DNA from: a virus
Taxonomy: Duplodnaviria > Caudoviricetes
Length of the DNA: 59,109 nucleotides
Virus record (IMG/VR): IMGVR_UViG_3300030102_001767
Coordinates: 1-59,109 of that record
Strand: one strand, 5' to 3'
Shown: piece after piece, positions 9,323 through 19,559 of the stretch
Position numbering within the stretch: the stretch's first letter is position 1
How the letters are laid out: every line of letters begins with the position of its first letter
Translations under genes and position numbers: made by a program
The notes under the pieces: model-generated
Databases searched by the model: none
Seen by the model: the letters and a program-made list of their open reading frames with translations, nothing else
What the model was told of the DNA's origin: nothing

Positions 9323-10833
9323 CTCTGGATATATCTTCTTCTGATGTTTTAGACAATCTGTCTACTTACGCACCTGCAAAACAAAAAGAAATACTTGAAA
9401 TTCTTCATAACTTAGAAGACGCTAAAAATAGAGAAAAATGTCAGGAAAAGTATCTTCCTTTTGTAAAACATATGTGGCCAGCTTTTATTAATGGTAATCA
9501 CCATAAAATTATGGCAGATGCTTTTCAAGATGTTGTTGATGGCAAATTAAAAAGATTAATTATTAATATGCCTCCTCGACATACTAAGTCTGAGTTTGCT
9601 AGTTATCTTTTACCTGCTTGGTTTTTAGGTAAATTTCCCGGAAAGAAAGTAATTCAAACAGCACATACAGCAGAACTAGCTGTAGGTTTTGGTCGTAAAG
9701 TCAGAAATTTAGTTGGAGATAAAGATTTTCAAGGTGTATTTGGAGATGTAAAATTACAATCAGACAGTAAAGCAGCTGGTAGGTGGAACACAAATAAAGG
9801 TGGAGAATATTTTGCTATTGGTGTTGGTGGTGCTGTTACTGGTAAAGGTGCTGATTTATTAATTATTGATGACCCTCATTCAGAGCAAGAAGGTGCTTCT
9901 GCTGATGTTAATGTTTTTAATAAAACCTATGAATGGTATACTTCTGGTCCAAGACAAAGATTGCAGCCAGGTGGTGCTATCGTTATAGTTATGACTAGAT
10001 GGCATGACAGAGATTTAACTGGTCAAATTATAGATGCTAGTATCAAAAGAGGTGGTGCAGATGAATGGAAGGTAATTGAGCTTCCTGCAATTATGCCTTC
10101 AGGAAATCCTTTATGGCCAGAATTTTGGAAAATAGAAGAGCTTGAAGCATTAAAAGCAGAACTTCCTGTTTCTAAATGGTCTGCACAATATCAACAAAAC
10201 CCTAGCTCGGAAGAAGGTGCTTTGGTTAAAAGAGAATGGTGGCAAATTTGGGAACATGAAACCCCACCTAAATGTCAGTTTATTATTCAATCTTGGGATA
10301 CAGCATTTTTAAAAACACAAAGAGCCGACTACTCGGCTTGTACTACATGGGGTGTATTTTATGCCGAAGATGAATTTGATGGCGTGATGACACCACAATT
10401 AATTCTTCTTGACGCATACAAAGAAAGATTAGAGTTTCCTGAACTAAAAGCAAAAGCAATGGAAATGTATAAAAATTATCAACCTGATGCTTTTATTGTT
10501 GAGGCTAAAGCAGCAGGTACTCCATTAATATTTGAGTTGCGTTCTATGGGTATTCCAGTTTCAGAGTATACACCAAGCAGAGGAAATGATAAGATAGCTC
10601 GTGTGAATGCAGTTGCAGACTTATTCGCTTCTGGTATAGTATGGTGTCCAGAAACAAGATGGGCAGAAGAAGTTGTTGAAGAATTTGCAGCTTTTCCAAA
10701 TGCAGAACATGATGACCTTGTTGATAGCAGTACGCAAGCGTTAATAAGGTTTAGACAAGGTGGTTTTGTTAGTCTATTTAGTGATGAAGTAGAAGAACCA
10801 TTTAACGAAAGAAAAAGAGCTGATTATTATTAA
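9319..10833 (+). CDS. terL: terminase large subunit
   Basis: MPPRHTKS Walker A variant, LLIIDDP Walker B, VMTRW coupling motif, RNase H-fold SWDTA and HDDLVDS. Confidence 0.95.
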   Translation: MTLDISSSDVLDNLSTYAPAKQKEILEILHNLEDAKNREKCQEKYLPFVKHMWPAFINGNHHKIMADAFQDVVDGKLKRLIINMPPRHTKSEFASYLLPAWFLGKFPGKKVIQTAHTAELAVGFGRKVRNLVGDKDFQGVFGDVKLQSDSKAAGRWNTNKGGEYFAIGVGGAVTGKGADLLIIDDPHSEQEGASADVNVFNKTYEWYTSGPRQRLQPGGAIVIVMTRWHDRDLTGQIIDASIKRGGADEWKVIELPAIMPSGNPLWPEFWKIEELEALKAELPVSKWSAQYQQNPSSEEGALVKREWWQIWEHETPPKCQFIIQSWDTAFLKTQRADYSACTTWGVFYAEDEFDGVMTPQLILLDAYKERLEFPELKAKAMEMYKNYQPDAFIVEAKAAGTPLIFELRSMGIPVSEYTPSRGNDKIARVNAVADLFASGIVWCPETRWAEEVVEEFAAFPNAEHDDLVDSSTQALIRFRQGGFVSLFSDEVEEPFNERKRADYY

Positions 10834-10842
10834 GGATAAAAA

Positions 10843-13317
10843 ATGGCTATAGAAAAAGGAATCGTTGTAGAAGAATCAAAACCACAAAGTGTAAATGGTG
10901 AGGCTATAGAGATAGAAATAGTAAACCCTGAATCAGTTGGAATAGAAACTGAAGATGGGGGAATGGAAATTAGTTTTGAAGAAACAAGTGGTTTAGAATC
11001 TGGTTTTGGAGAAAATTTAGCAGAATTATTAGATGATACTGAATTAGATATAATAGGTAACGATGTTGTAGATAGTTTTAATTCAGACAAAGAATCAAGA
11101 GCAGATTGGGAAGAAACATATGTAAAAGGTTTAGACCAGTTAGGTCTTACTGTTGATGAAAGAACAGAACCATGGCCCGGAGCTTGTGGTGTATTTCATC
11201 CACTTTTATCTGAAGCAGTTATAAGGTTTCAATCACAAGCTATATCAGAAATATTTCCAGCAGAAGGTCCAGTAAAAACTAAAATTGTTGGAACTGTTAA
11301 CATAGAAAAAGAAAAACAAGCTAATAGAATACAAGAGTATATGAATTATCTATTAACTGAAAACATGGTTGAATATAGAACCGAAACTGAAAAGCTCCTA
11401 TTCTCTCTCCCCCTTGCAGGATCAGCTTTTCGTAAAGTTTACTATGATTCAAACATGGGGAGACCTTGCTCTATATTTGTTCCAGCAGAAGATTTTGTTG
11501 TAAGTTATGGAGCAAGCGATCTTCTAACATGTGAAAGAGCTACTCATGTTATGAAAAAATCTGAAAATGAAATTAAAAAATTAATGCATTCTGGTTTTTT
11601 TAGAGATATTGAACTACCCTCACCTGCTCCAGATATTGATGAAATAACAGACAAATACAACCAATTAACTGGGGAAAGTAGTGTTAATTATGATGATGAT
11701 GGTAGACACACTATTCTTGAAATGCAAATTGATTTAGATTTACCTGGTTTTGAGGATATGGAAAACGGAGTACCAACAGGTATTGCACTTCCATATATTG
11801 TAACAGTTAATAAAGCTGATGGTAAAGTTTTAGCAATTAGAAGAAACTATAAACAAAACGATCCTAAAAAAACTAAAATACAACATTTTGTTCACTATCA
11901 ATATTTACCAGGTTTAGGTTTTTATGGTTTTGGTTTAATACATATGATTGGAGGACTAAGTAAATCAGCAACATCTTTATTAAGACAACTTGTTGATGCA
12001 GGTACTCTTTCAAATTTACCAGGTGGTCTTAAAACTAGAGGTCTTAGAATTAAAGGTGATGATACACCTATTATGCCTGGAGAGTTTAGAGATGTAGATG
12101 TTCCCGGAGGCACTATAGCAGAAAATATTTCTTTTTTACCTTACAAAGAACCAAGTCAAACACTGTATGCATTACTTACAACTATTGTTGATGAAGGTAG
12201 AAGATTTGCAAGTTTAGGAGATTTAAAAATTGCTGACATGAACAATGAAGCACCTGTTGGAACTACTCTTGCTCTTATGGAAAGACAAATGAAAGTTATG
12301 AGTGCAATTCAATCTAGGCTTCATGCAGCTATGCACAAAGAGTTTGTTATATTAACAACAATAATAAAAGATTTTACACCACCAGAATATCCTTATTATG
12401 AAGACCCAGATGAGTTTTTAAAGTCTGAAGATTTTGATGGTCGTGTAGATGTCATACCAGTAAGCAATCCAAATGCTGCTACAATGTCTCAAAGAATTAT
12501 GCAGTATCAAGCAGCTTTACAGTTAGCACAGCAATCACCTGAAATGTATGATATGCCTGAATTACATAGACAAATGCTAGAAGTATTAGGCATTGAAAAT
12601 GTTGATAAGGTTATTCCTAGTAAAGATGATATTAAACCTACTGATCCTGTAACAGAAAACATGAATTTCTTAAATGGTATACCTTGTAAAGCATTTGAAT
12701 ATCAAGATCATGAAGCACACATTGCTGTACATACAGCAGGAATGCAAGACCCTGAGTTTCAAGAATTATTAAGTCAAAGTGCAAAAGCAAATGAAATAAT
12801 TATGGCAGTAGAAGCACACATTAGAGAACACTTGGCATTCTTATATAGAAAACAAATTGAAGAAGAATTAGGAACTCCGTTACCACCTATTGGAGAACCT
12901 TTACCAGGAGATGTAGAAAAAAGACTTTCAGAACTTGTTGCACAAGCTGCTGATAAATTATCAGTTCGTAAACAACAAGAAGCTCAACAAAAACAAATAC
13001 AAGAACAAATGGAAGACCCAATTATACAACAAAGAAACAGAGAGCTTGATATTCAAGAAGGCGAGTTAATAAGAAAAGCTCAAGCTGATATGGCTAAAGC
13101 CGAAAATAATAAAGCTAAACTTAAAGCTGAAATGATGACAGAAATGAAAAGAATACAATCAGAAGAAAAGATTGAAGGTGCTAAACTAGGTCAAAGAATT
13201 GGAGATGCTTTACTTGAAGCTGCAATGAAGGGTGAAGGAGACTCAGCTAAAGAATTTGCAGAAGGAGTAAGGCTCGCAATAGAAATACAAAGAGAAATTA
13301 ACAATCAAAATAAATAG
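10843..13317 (+). CDS. portal protein
   Basis: 824 aa directly after terL; PWPGACGVFHP and GFYGFGLIH motifs; coiled-coil C-terminus typical of podovirus-type portals. Confidence 0.85.
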   Translation: MAIEKGIVVEESKPQSVNGEAIEIEIVNPESVGIETEDGGMEISFEETSGLESGFGENLAELLDDTELDIIGNDVVDSFNSDKESRADWEETYVKGLDQLGLTVDERTEPWPGACGVFHPLLSEAVIRFQSQAISEIFPAEGPVKTKIVGTVNIEKEKQANRIQEYMNYLLTENMVEYRTETEKLLFSLPLAGSAFRKVYYDSNMGRPCSIFVPAEDFVVSYGASDLLTCERATHVMKKSENEIKKLMHSGFFRDIELPSPAPDIDEITDKYNQLTGESSVNYDDDGRHTILEMQIDLDLPGFEDMENGVPTGIALPYIVTVNKADGKVLAIRRNYKQNDPKKTKIQHFVHYQYLPGLGFYGFGLIHMIGGLSKSATSLLRQLVDAGTLSNLPGGLKTRGLRIKGDDTPIMPGEFRDVDVPGGTIAENISFLPYKEPSQTLYALLTTIVDEGRRFASLGDLKIADMNNEAPVGTTLALMERQMKVMSAIQSRLHAAMHKEFVILTTIIKDFTPPEYPYYEDPDEFLKSEDFDGRVDVIPVSNPNAATMSQRIMQYQAALQLAQQSPEMYDMPELHRQMLEVLGIENVDKVIPSKDDIKPTDPVTENMNFLNGIPCKAFEYQDHEAHIAVHTAGMQDPEFQELLSQSAKANEIIMAVEAHIREHLAFLYRKQIEEELGTPLPPIGEPLPGDVEKRLSELVAQAADKLSVRKQQEAQQKQIQEQMEDPIIQQRNRELDIQEGELIRKAQADMAKAENNKAKLKAEMMTEMKRIQSEEKIEGAKLGQRIGDALLEAAMKGEGDSAKEFAEGVRLAIEIQREINNQNK

Positions 13318-13325
13318 GAGGCATT

Positions 13326-13466
13326 ATGAAAAATTTAGTTTTTATTTTTATAGTCACTGTTTTTCTTGTAGGTTGTGGTAGTTCAAGAATAATGTTGAAC
13401 GCTGACATTCCAGAATCACAAGAAATAGACATAAGAATTACTACTCAAGACAACGAAACAGAATAA
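13326..13466 (+). CDS. small lipoprotein (46 aa), not in supplied track
   Basis: GGAGG RBS; MKNLVFIFIVTVFLVG-C signal peptide with LVGC lipobox. Confidence 0.7.
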   Translation: MKNLVFIFIVTVFLVGCGSSRIMLNADIPESQEIDIRITTQDNETE

Positions 13467-13536
13467 TTTTTTTTAAAATAATTGTGTAATCATTGTTTTT
13501 GTGTAATATATACTTAAATATATTTAGGGAGTTTCG

Positions 13537-13725
13537 ATGGCGGAATCAGCTTTTAGTCTATTAAGACAAAATTTACAAAAAAGAAGAAAAGATTTTGAAG
13601 AAAATCTTGGACAAGGTTCTGCCAAAGAATACTCAGAATATAAAAAAGTTGTAGGTATCATCGAAGGATTATCTATAGCTGATAGAGAGATTGCTGATTT
13701 AGAAAGCAGAATGATGGAGGACTAA
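13537..13725 (+). CDS. hypothetical head-module protein
   Basis: 62 aa, YSEYKKVVGIIEGL motif, between portal and GroES. Confidence 0.7.
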   Translation: MAESAFSLLRQNLQKRRKDFEENLGQGSAKEYSEYKKVVGIIEGLSIADREIADLESRMMED

Positions 13726-14142
13726 ATGGGAGTTATTGAACCGACTAAAAAAAAAATAAAAGTAGTTGATAAAAGAAAAGATGAAAAACCAGAGGCTAAA
13801 GAAGATACAGCAAGCCAACTTCCAGAACCTCAAGGATATAGAATTTTAATTGCTTTACCAGAACCAGAAGATAGAACTAAAGGAGGCATTTATAAAACTG
13901 AAACTGAAATACACACGGAAGAGATTGCGACAGTAGTTGGTTTTGTTTTAAAAATGGGTGAAGATTGCTATGATGACAAGAAGAAATTCCCATCAGGAGC
14001 ATGGTGCAAAGAAGGAGACTGGATTGTTTTCCGTGCTTTTACAGGCACACGCTTAAAAATACACGGCAAAGAATTTAGAATTATTAATGACGACAATGTA
14101 GAAGCTGTCGTTCAAGACCCAAGAGGCATAGAAAGAGTATGA
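13726..14142 (+). CDS. groES: GroES-like co-chaperonin
   Basis: PQGYRILI, TKGGIY, VLKMGE, KEGDWIVF, GTRLKIHGKEFRIINDDNVEAVV. Confidence 0.9.
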   Translation: MGVIEPTKKKIKVVDKRKDEKPEAKEDTASQLPEPQGYRILIALPEPEDRTKGGIYKTETEIHTEEIATVVGFVLKMGEDCYDDKKKFPSGAWCKEGDWIVFRAFTGTRLKIHGKEFRIINDDNVEAVVQDPRGIERV

Positions 14143-15158
14143 CCGAAACACAATCAGCCGAAGAAGTAACAGATAGTCAATCATTACCTGAAACTTCACA
14201 AAGTGCAGAAGAAAAATTTTTAGGAGTAAAATCTACTGTAGGCACAAATAAAGACTCCGATAACATAGAAATAGAGGTAGTAGACGATAGACCTGAAGAA
14301 GATAGAAAACCTCCTCGAAATGTTAAAGCAGATGATAATAAAGAAGAAATATCTGACTTATCAGAAAATGCTAACAAAAGAATAAAAAAATTAAAATATG
14401 ACTACCATGAAGAAAGAAGAGAAAAAGAAGCAGCATTACGACTCAGGGATGAGGCGATTAATCATGCTAAAAGAGCTGTTAATGAAAATCAAAGGCTCTC
14501 TCGACTTGTTGGTACTGGTCAGGAAGAACTTGTTAAACAAGCAACAGAAAAAGCAGAATTTGCAAAAAAAGCAGCAACAAAAGCGTATAAGGAGGCCTAT
14601 GAGTCTGGTGACGCAGAAGCGATTGCACAAGCTCAAGCAAACCTCACGGATGCGACATTTGCACATTCACAAGCTGTAAATCTTCCACAACAAATAGCAA
14701 ATCAAGTTCTTGCAAATGAAGAACAAGAAAGAGCTCAACAACCAAGACAAACACAACAACAGTCAAATCCAACTCCTCCACCACCAGATAAAAAAGCTCA
14801 AGAATGGGCTGTAGAAAATGAGTGGTTTGGTAAAGATGAAGAAATGACAAGTTTTGCATATGGCTTACATAATAAACTAGTGGTGAAAGAAGGTATTGAC
14901 CCAACATCAGATGAGTATTATGATCGCATTAATTCACGCATGAGGGAAGTATTCCCAAATGAGTTCGAGGATACAGCACAGGCGTCAGTAGCAGAGCCTG
15001 AAGAACCTCGCAGGTCGTCAGAAGTAGTTGCTCCAGCGACTAGAAATAATGGAGCAAAACCTAAAAAGGTTAAATTAACAGCTACCCAGGTTACCCTCGC
15101 TAGGAAACTTGGTATAACACCAGAGCAATATGCAGCTCAACTAGTAAAGGACAGATAA
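14139..15158 (+). CDS. putative capsid scaffolding protein
   Basis: Acidic coiled-coil protein upstream of the capsid genes; C-terminal LTATQVTLARKLGITPEQYA. Confidence 0.65.
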   Translation: MTETQSAEEVTDSQSLPETSQSAEEKFLGVKSTVGTNKDSDNIEIEVVDDRPEEDRKPPRNVKADDNKEEISDLSENANKRIKKLKYDYHEERREKEAALRLRDEAINHAKRAVNENQRLSRLVGTGQEELVKQATEKAEFAKKAATKAYKEAYESGDAEAIAQAQANLTDATFAHSQAVNLPQQIANQVLANEEQERAQQPRQTQQQSNPTPPPPDKKAQEWAVENEWFGKDEEMTSFAYGLHNKLVVKEGIDPTSDEYYDRINSRMREVFPNEFEDTAQASVAEPEEPRRSSEVVAPATRNNGAKPKKVKLTATQVTLARKLGITPEQYAAQLVKDR

Positions 15159-15160
15159 TT

Positions 15161-15721
15161 ATGACTAAAAATAAAAAATTTGAAAATGTAGAAGTTGGTA
15201 AAAGTAATAACCAACAAGAAAACATTGAATCCGATGTACTTGAAGCAGCAGAAGCTACAGGTGACAGCCGCACACCACGAGAAACTCGTGGGAACAATGA
15301 TAGAGCCGACACGCAGCGAACAAAAGCGTGGCAACCACCATCAGTTTTACCTGATCCAAAACCACAAGATGGTTATGTTTTTAGATGGATAAGAACTTCT
15401 ATTATAGGTCAAGCAGACAATCCAAATGTTTCTTATAGATTCAGAGAAGGTTGGGATGCTTGTAAATCAGAAGACCATCCTGAACTTAAAGTTTTGTGTG
15501 ACCAAAATTCAAGATGGGCAGATCAAGGAAATATTGAAATAGGTGGTCTTTTACTATGTAAAGCTCCTGTTGAAATTGTGGAAGCAAGAAGAGAATATTA
15601 TGATAAATTAGCTCAACAACAGGTAGATTCCATAGACAGTAATTATTTGAAAGAAAGTGATCCAAGAATGCCAATGCTTGAACCGCAAAGGTCTTCTAGG
15701 ACTACATTCGGCAAACATTAA
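15161..15721 (+). CDS. head-module hypothetical protein
   Basis: GYVFRWIR...REGW...GGLLLCK motifs; position between scaffold and capsid genes. Confidence 0.6.
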   Translation: MTKNKKFENVEVGKSNNQQENIESDVLEAAEATGDSRTPRETRGNNDRADTQRTKAWQPPSVLPDPKPQDGYVFRWIRTSIIGQADNPNVSYRFREGWDACKSEDHPELKVLCDQNSRWADQGNIEIGGLLLCKAPVEIVEARREYYDKLAQQQVDSIDSNYLKESDPRMPMLEPQRSSRTTFGKH

Positions 15722-15741
15722 ACATAAATACGGAGTAAATT

Positions 15742-16332
15742 ATGGCTACAAAAGCAACCCCAATGGGTGCAGAGCCAGTAGGTACTACTTCAGCAAGTGG
15801 CTCATTTAGTGGAAAAACAAGACATATTCCAATTAAATCAGCAGAAGGCACAAGCATCTTTTATGGTGATTTTGTGAAACTTGTTGCAGCAGGAGGAGTT
15901 GTAACAGTGGCAAAAGACACTGGTACTACAACACTTACACCTGTAGGCATCTTTTTAGGATGTAGATATACTGATCCTAATACTAAACAACTTACTTTTG
16001 CTCAATCCTACAACACATCTATTGCAGCTGATGACATTGAAGCTATCGTTTTAGACGATCCAAATGTTGAGTTCAGAATGCAAGCAGATGGAGCTGTAGC
16101 AAAAGGCAAAATCGGCAGTAACATAGCTGTGGTGCAAACCGCAGGTTCAACAGACATCGGAAGAAGTAAAAACGCTCTCGATGCCTCTACTGCTGCAACC
16201 ACTAACACTTTACCAATTCGTATACTTGGATTCGTAGAAAGCGGAGAAAGCACACCAGGAGATGCATTTACTGATCTTATTGTGAAATTCAACGCAGGAA
16301 TGCACGCATACGATAAGGCATTAGGCACATAG
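15742..16332 (+). CDS. putative capsid decoration or minor capsid protein
   Basis: Small-residue-rich beta protein (IFYGDFV, VGIFLGCRYTDP, DDPNVEF) directly before the MCP. Confidence 0.6.
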   Translation: MATKATPMGAEPVGTTSASGSFSGKTRHIPIKSAEGTSIFYGDFVKLVAAGGVVTVAKDTGTTTLTPVGIFLGCRYTDPNTKQLTFAQSYNTSIAADDIEAIVLDDPNVEFRMQADGAVAKGKIGSNIAVVQTAGSTDIGRSKNALDASTAATTNTLPIRILGFVESGESTPGDAFTDLIVKFNAGMHAYDKALGT

Positions 16333-16343
16333 GAGAATAAGAT

Positions 16344-17282
16344 ATGGCAATTTCAAGAGCCCAGATGCTCAAAGAGCTACTTCCAGGTCTAAACGCTTTG
16401 TTTGGTTTGGAATATGAAGGATACGATTCAGAACACGCAGAAATTTATGAAACTGAAAATTCTGATCGTTCATTTGAAGAAGAAGTGAAACTTTCTGGTT
16501 TTGGTCAAGCACCTGTAAAAAATGAAGGAGCAGCAATGACTTATGATTCTGCTCAAGAATCTTTTACTGCTAGATATAACCACGAAACTATTGCTTTAGG
16601 TTTTGCGATTACTGAAGAAGCAATGGAAGATAATCTTTACGATAGTCTTTCAAGCAGATACACGAAAGCATTAGCTAGAGCTATGGCTTATACTAAACAA
16701 GTAAAAGCTGCATTTCCTCTAAATAATGGTTTTACTAACACTTTTCAGTCAGGAGATGGCGTAAATTTATTTACTGCTGTTGGTGATGGCGTAGCAGGAG
16801 GGGGTGGTCACCCTCTAGTAGATGGTGGATTCAATAGTAATCGACCAGTTACAGCAGCAGACCTTAATGAAACTTCATTAGAAGCTGCTATCATAGATAT
16901 TTCTGGTTATACTGATGAGCGTGGATTATTAGTTGCAGGTCGTGCAAGAAAACTTATTGTACCATCTAATCTAATGTTCGTTGCTCAAAGAATACTAGCA
17001 ACTGATCTAAGACCTAACACTGCTGACAATGATATTAATGCTATTAAGTCATTAGGAGTAGTACCTCAAGGTTACTCAGTTAATCACTATTTAACTGATA
17101 CAAACGCTTGGTTCTTACTTACTGATATACCTAATGGTATGAAACATTTTGTTAGAACACCGTTAGAAACTGGTATGGATGGAGATTTCGACACAGGTAA
17201 TGTTCGTTATCGTGCTAGAGAAAGATACAGCTTTGGTGTATCAGACCCTCTAGGAATCTACGGAAGCCCAGGTTCTTCATAG
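16344..17282 (+). CDS. major capsid protein
   Basis: MAISRAQMLKELLPGLNALFGLEY N-terminus, EEAMEDNLY, DFDTGNVRYRARERYSFG; followed by a strong terminator. Confidence 0.9.
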   Translation: MAISRAQMLKELLPGLNALFGLEYEGYDSEHAEIYETENSDRSFEEEVKLSGFGQAPVKNEGAAMTYDSAQESFTARYNHETIALGFAITEEAMEDNLYDSLSSRYTKALARAMAYTKQVKAAFPLNNGFTNTFQSGDGVNLFTAVGDGVAGGGGHPLVDGGFNSNRPVTAADLNETSLEAAIIDISGYTDERGLLVAGRARKLIVPSNLMFVAQRILATDLRPNTADNDINAIKSLGVVPQGYSVNHYLTDTNAWFLLTDIPNGMKHFVRTPLETGMDGDFDTGNVRYRARERYSFGVSDPLGIYGSPGSS

Positions 17283-17303
17283 GTTTTTAAAGCAGAAAAC
17301 TTT

Positions 17304-17336
17304 AAGGAGGATGCTCTTGCATCCTCCTTTTTTTTT
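17304..17336 (+). terminator. rho-independent terminator after MCP
   Basis: AAGGAGGATGC-TCTT-GCATCCTCCTT stem followed by a T tract. Confidence 0.9.
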
Positions 17337-17360
17337 GTGTACTATTAAATTATAAAAACG

Positions 17361-17406
17361 AATCACTTGACTAACTTCGGTTAGACAACCCAACGACAAG
17401 GAGATT
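17361..17406 (+). promoter_or_regulatory. structured 5' leader with UUCG hairpin overlapping the RBS
   Basis: CTAAC-TTCG-GTTAG (17371-17384); outer AATC..CTTG can pair with CAAG..GATT across the AAGGAG RBS of 17411. Confidence 0.5.
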
Positions 17407-17410
17407 ACAA

Positions 17411-17866
17411 ATGGGTAAAACAACATTTTCAGGTCCTATTAAAGCAGGAACTATTAACGATACAACAGGTACTACAGTAGGAACAGATGTTACTAATGTA
17501 GGTTTTGTCACAATGGCACAATCAAAAGTAGTAAATATTACAGGTGCAAGTCAACTTAATCAAAGAGTTGCAGTTGTTCCTGCAAATTCACAAATTGTAG
17601 ATGTCATCTTAAATGTAACAACTGCTGGCAATGATGGTGGAGCTGCTATTATTTCTGTAGGAACATCAGCAGATGCAGATGCTTTTTTAAATGATGTGAA
17701 TACTAAAGCAGTAGGAACAACACACGGAACTTTAGACACAGAAGCTACTAATGTAGGAACAACTGATTTAGAAGTTCTTGCTGATTTTACAGGTGCTAAT
17801 GGTGACGGAACAACAGGTGTTGCTACAGTTACTGTTCTTTATGTTCAAAACAATAACCTTTCTTAA
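17411..17866 (+). CDS. virion structural protein
   Basis: MGKTTFSGPIKAG N-terminus, Thr/Gly/Val-rich, follows the MCP. Confidence 0.65.
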   Translation: MGKTTFSGPIKAGTINDTTGTTVGTDVTNVGFVTMAQSKVVNITGASQLNQRVAVVPANSQIVDVILNVTTAGNDGGAAIISVGTSADADAFLNDVNTKAVGTTHGTLDTEATNVGTTDLEVLADFTGANGDGTTGVATVTVLYVQNNNLS

Positions 17867-17883
17867 TAATTAAGGAGGTCTAA

Positions 17884-17994
17884 ATGACAGAAGAAAAAAA
17901 AGATAAAGCTAAGGCTAAACCTAAAAAAGTAAAAGATAAATACGCTAGAGCTGGTTTTGTTCAAGCTGTAAGGTCTGCCAAAAAGGAGAAGTAA
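17884..17994 (+). CDS. small basic protein (36 aa), not in supplied track
   Basis: AAGGAGG RBS; MTEEKKDKAKAKPKK... Confidence 0.55.
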   Translation: MTEEKKDKAKAKPKKVKDKYARAGFVQAVRSAKKEK

Positions 17995-18408
17995 ATGGCT
18001 GCAACATTAAGAAAAATTCAAGATGGAAGTAGCAGAGCAGTATGCGTTTTTACTAATCCTGACAATACATCAGAAACTAATGCTGTAAAAATTGATTTAA
18101 ATAGTGGTGGAACAGGTTTAACTTTAGAAGATAATCAACTAGGTCAAAAGTGCACAAGAGTAGGTATTGAAAAAATATGGTATTCTAATGTAGGCATGGG
18201 AGTTAAAATTCTTTTTAAAGCAAATGCTAATGAACTAGCTATTGAACTTAAAGAAGACTGGTCTGATACAATATGTTTTAAAGAGTTTACTGCGTTAAGA
18301 GATTCAGGAACAGCAGGTACTAATGGTGATATTCTATTTACTACTGTTGGTGCAGGTTCAGGCGACACTTATACTATTATTATTTCTTTTAAAAAATACT
18401 ACGGATAA
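17995..18408 (+). CDS. putative virion structural protein
   Basis: IEKIWYS...GTNGDILFTT...DTYTIII beta-rich protein in the structural operon. Confidence 0.6.
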   Translation: MAATLRKIQDGSSRAVCVFTNPDNTSETNAVKIDLNSGGTGLTLEDNQLGQKCTRVGIEKIWYSNVGMGVKILFKANANELAIELKEDWSDTICFKEFTALRDSGTAGTNGDILFTTVGAGSGDTYTIIISFKKYYG

Positions 18409-18434
18409 TAAAGGCACGTAACCCTCTGGGGAGG

Positions 18435-19541
18435 ATGCTATTTATGGCAAATCATTCAGTTAAAGACCATATTTTAATTGCTGCGTTAGATCAATTTTTA
18501 AAGTCAGGATCACAAAAACAAGCAGCTAAAGATATAGGAACACCTTTAACAACTTTTCGTGCTCATTGCAGAATGGCACAATCAAGATGGAATATAACGG
18601 AAGATGAATTTTGGAATAGAGATTTTAAACATAAAATACCTAATTCAGAACAAGTTTTTTCACCAAGATATGAAAGTATTAATCCTGATGCTGAAGATAA
18701 TATAGAAGAATATATAGATCATCTTGAAAAAAGATTTATTAGAGCTAAAAACAAAAAAGAAAAATTAAAGTGGCATAAAGTTAAAATTCAAAAAAATGAG
18801 CCTATAGGATTAGTTTGGTTAGGTGATCCTCATATTGATGATAATGGATGTGATTGGGTAACCCTTAGAAGAGATTTAGCTATAATAAACTCTCATCCTA
18901 ATATAAAAGGTTGCAGTTTGGGTGATTTACAAAATAATTGGGTAGGCCGCCTAGGTAGGCTTTACGCCAATCAGGACACTTCTGCTGAAACCAGTTGGAA
19001 GCTCGTGGAATGGCTTGTAAAAGAAGGAGATTTTCTTTTGCTCGTAGGAGGTAATCACGATCTTTGGTCCGGGGCAGGTGATCCTATTACATACATGAAA
19101 TCAGAACATACGATATATGAGCCTTGGGATGCAAGAATATGTCTTGAGTTTCCTAATGGAAAACAATGTAAAATTTATACGGCTCATGATATGCCAGGTC
19201 ATTCACAATGGAATCCTCTTCATGCTCAGATGAAAAAAGCTAAATGGCAAAGTGATGCTGATTTATATATATCAGGGCACAAACATAATTGGGCATTAGC
19301 ACAACATGAATTATATGATGGAAAAATTCATTGGTTAGCTCGTGCTCGTGGTTATAAATTTTTTGATGATTATGCAAGAAACCTTGGATTAGATGAACAA
19401 AAAAATGGTCAAGCCATTATGCAAGTAATTGATCCGTTTGCAGAAGGAACTAGCTTTACACATTGTTTTTCTGATATAGAATATGGAAAAGAATTTCTTA
19501 TGTTTCTTTTAGACAAATATTCTGATAAAAAGAAAGAATAA
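18435..19541 (+). CDS. calcineurin-like metallophosphoesterase with N-terminal HTH-like segment
   Basis: GDPHID, LGDLQNN, GGNHD, AHD and SGHKH motifs; N-terminal GSQKQAAKDIGTPLTTFR. Confidence 0.85.
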   Translation: MLFMANHSVKDHILIAALDQFLKSGSQKQAAKDIGTPLTTFRAHCRMAQSRWNITEDEFWNRDFKHKIPNSEQVFSPRYESINPDAEDNIEEYIDHLEKRFIRAKNKKEKLKWHKVKIQKNEPIGLVWLGDPHIDDNGCDWVTLRRDLAIINSHPNIKGCSLGDLQNNWVGRLGRLYANQDTSAETSWKLVEWLVKEGDFLLLVGGNHDLWSGAGDPITYMKSEHTIYEPWDARICLEFPNGKQCKIYTAHDMPGHSQWNPLHAQMKKAKWQSDADLYISGHKHNWALAQHELYDGKIHWLARARGYKFFDDYARNLGLDEQKNGQAIMQVIDPFAEGTSFTHCFSDIEYGKEFLMFLLDKYSDKKKE

Positions 19542-19559
19542 CAATTTTGTGAGTTTTAA

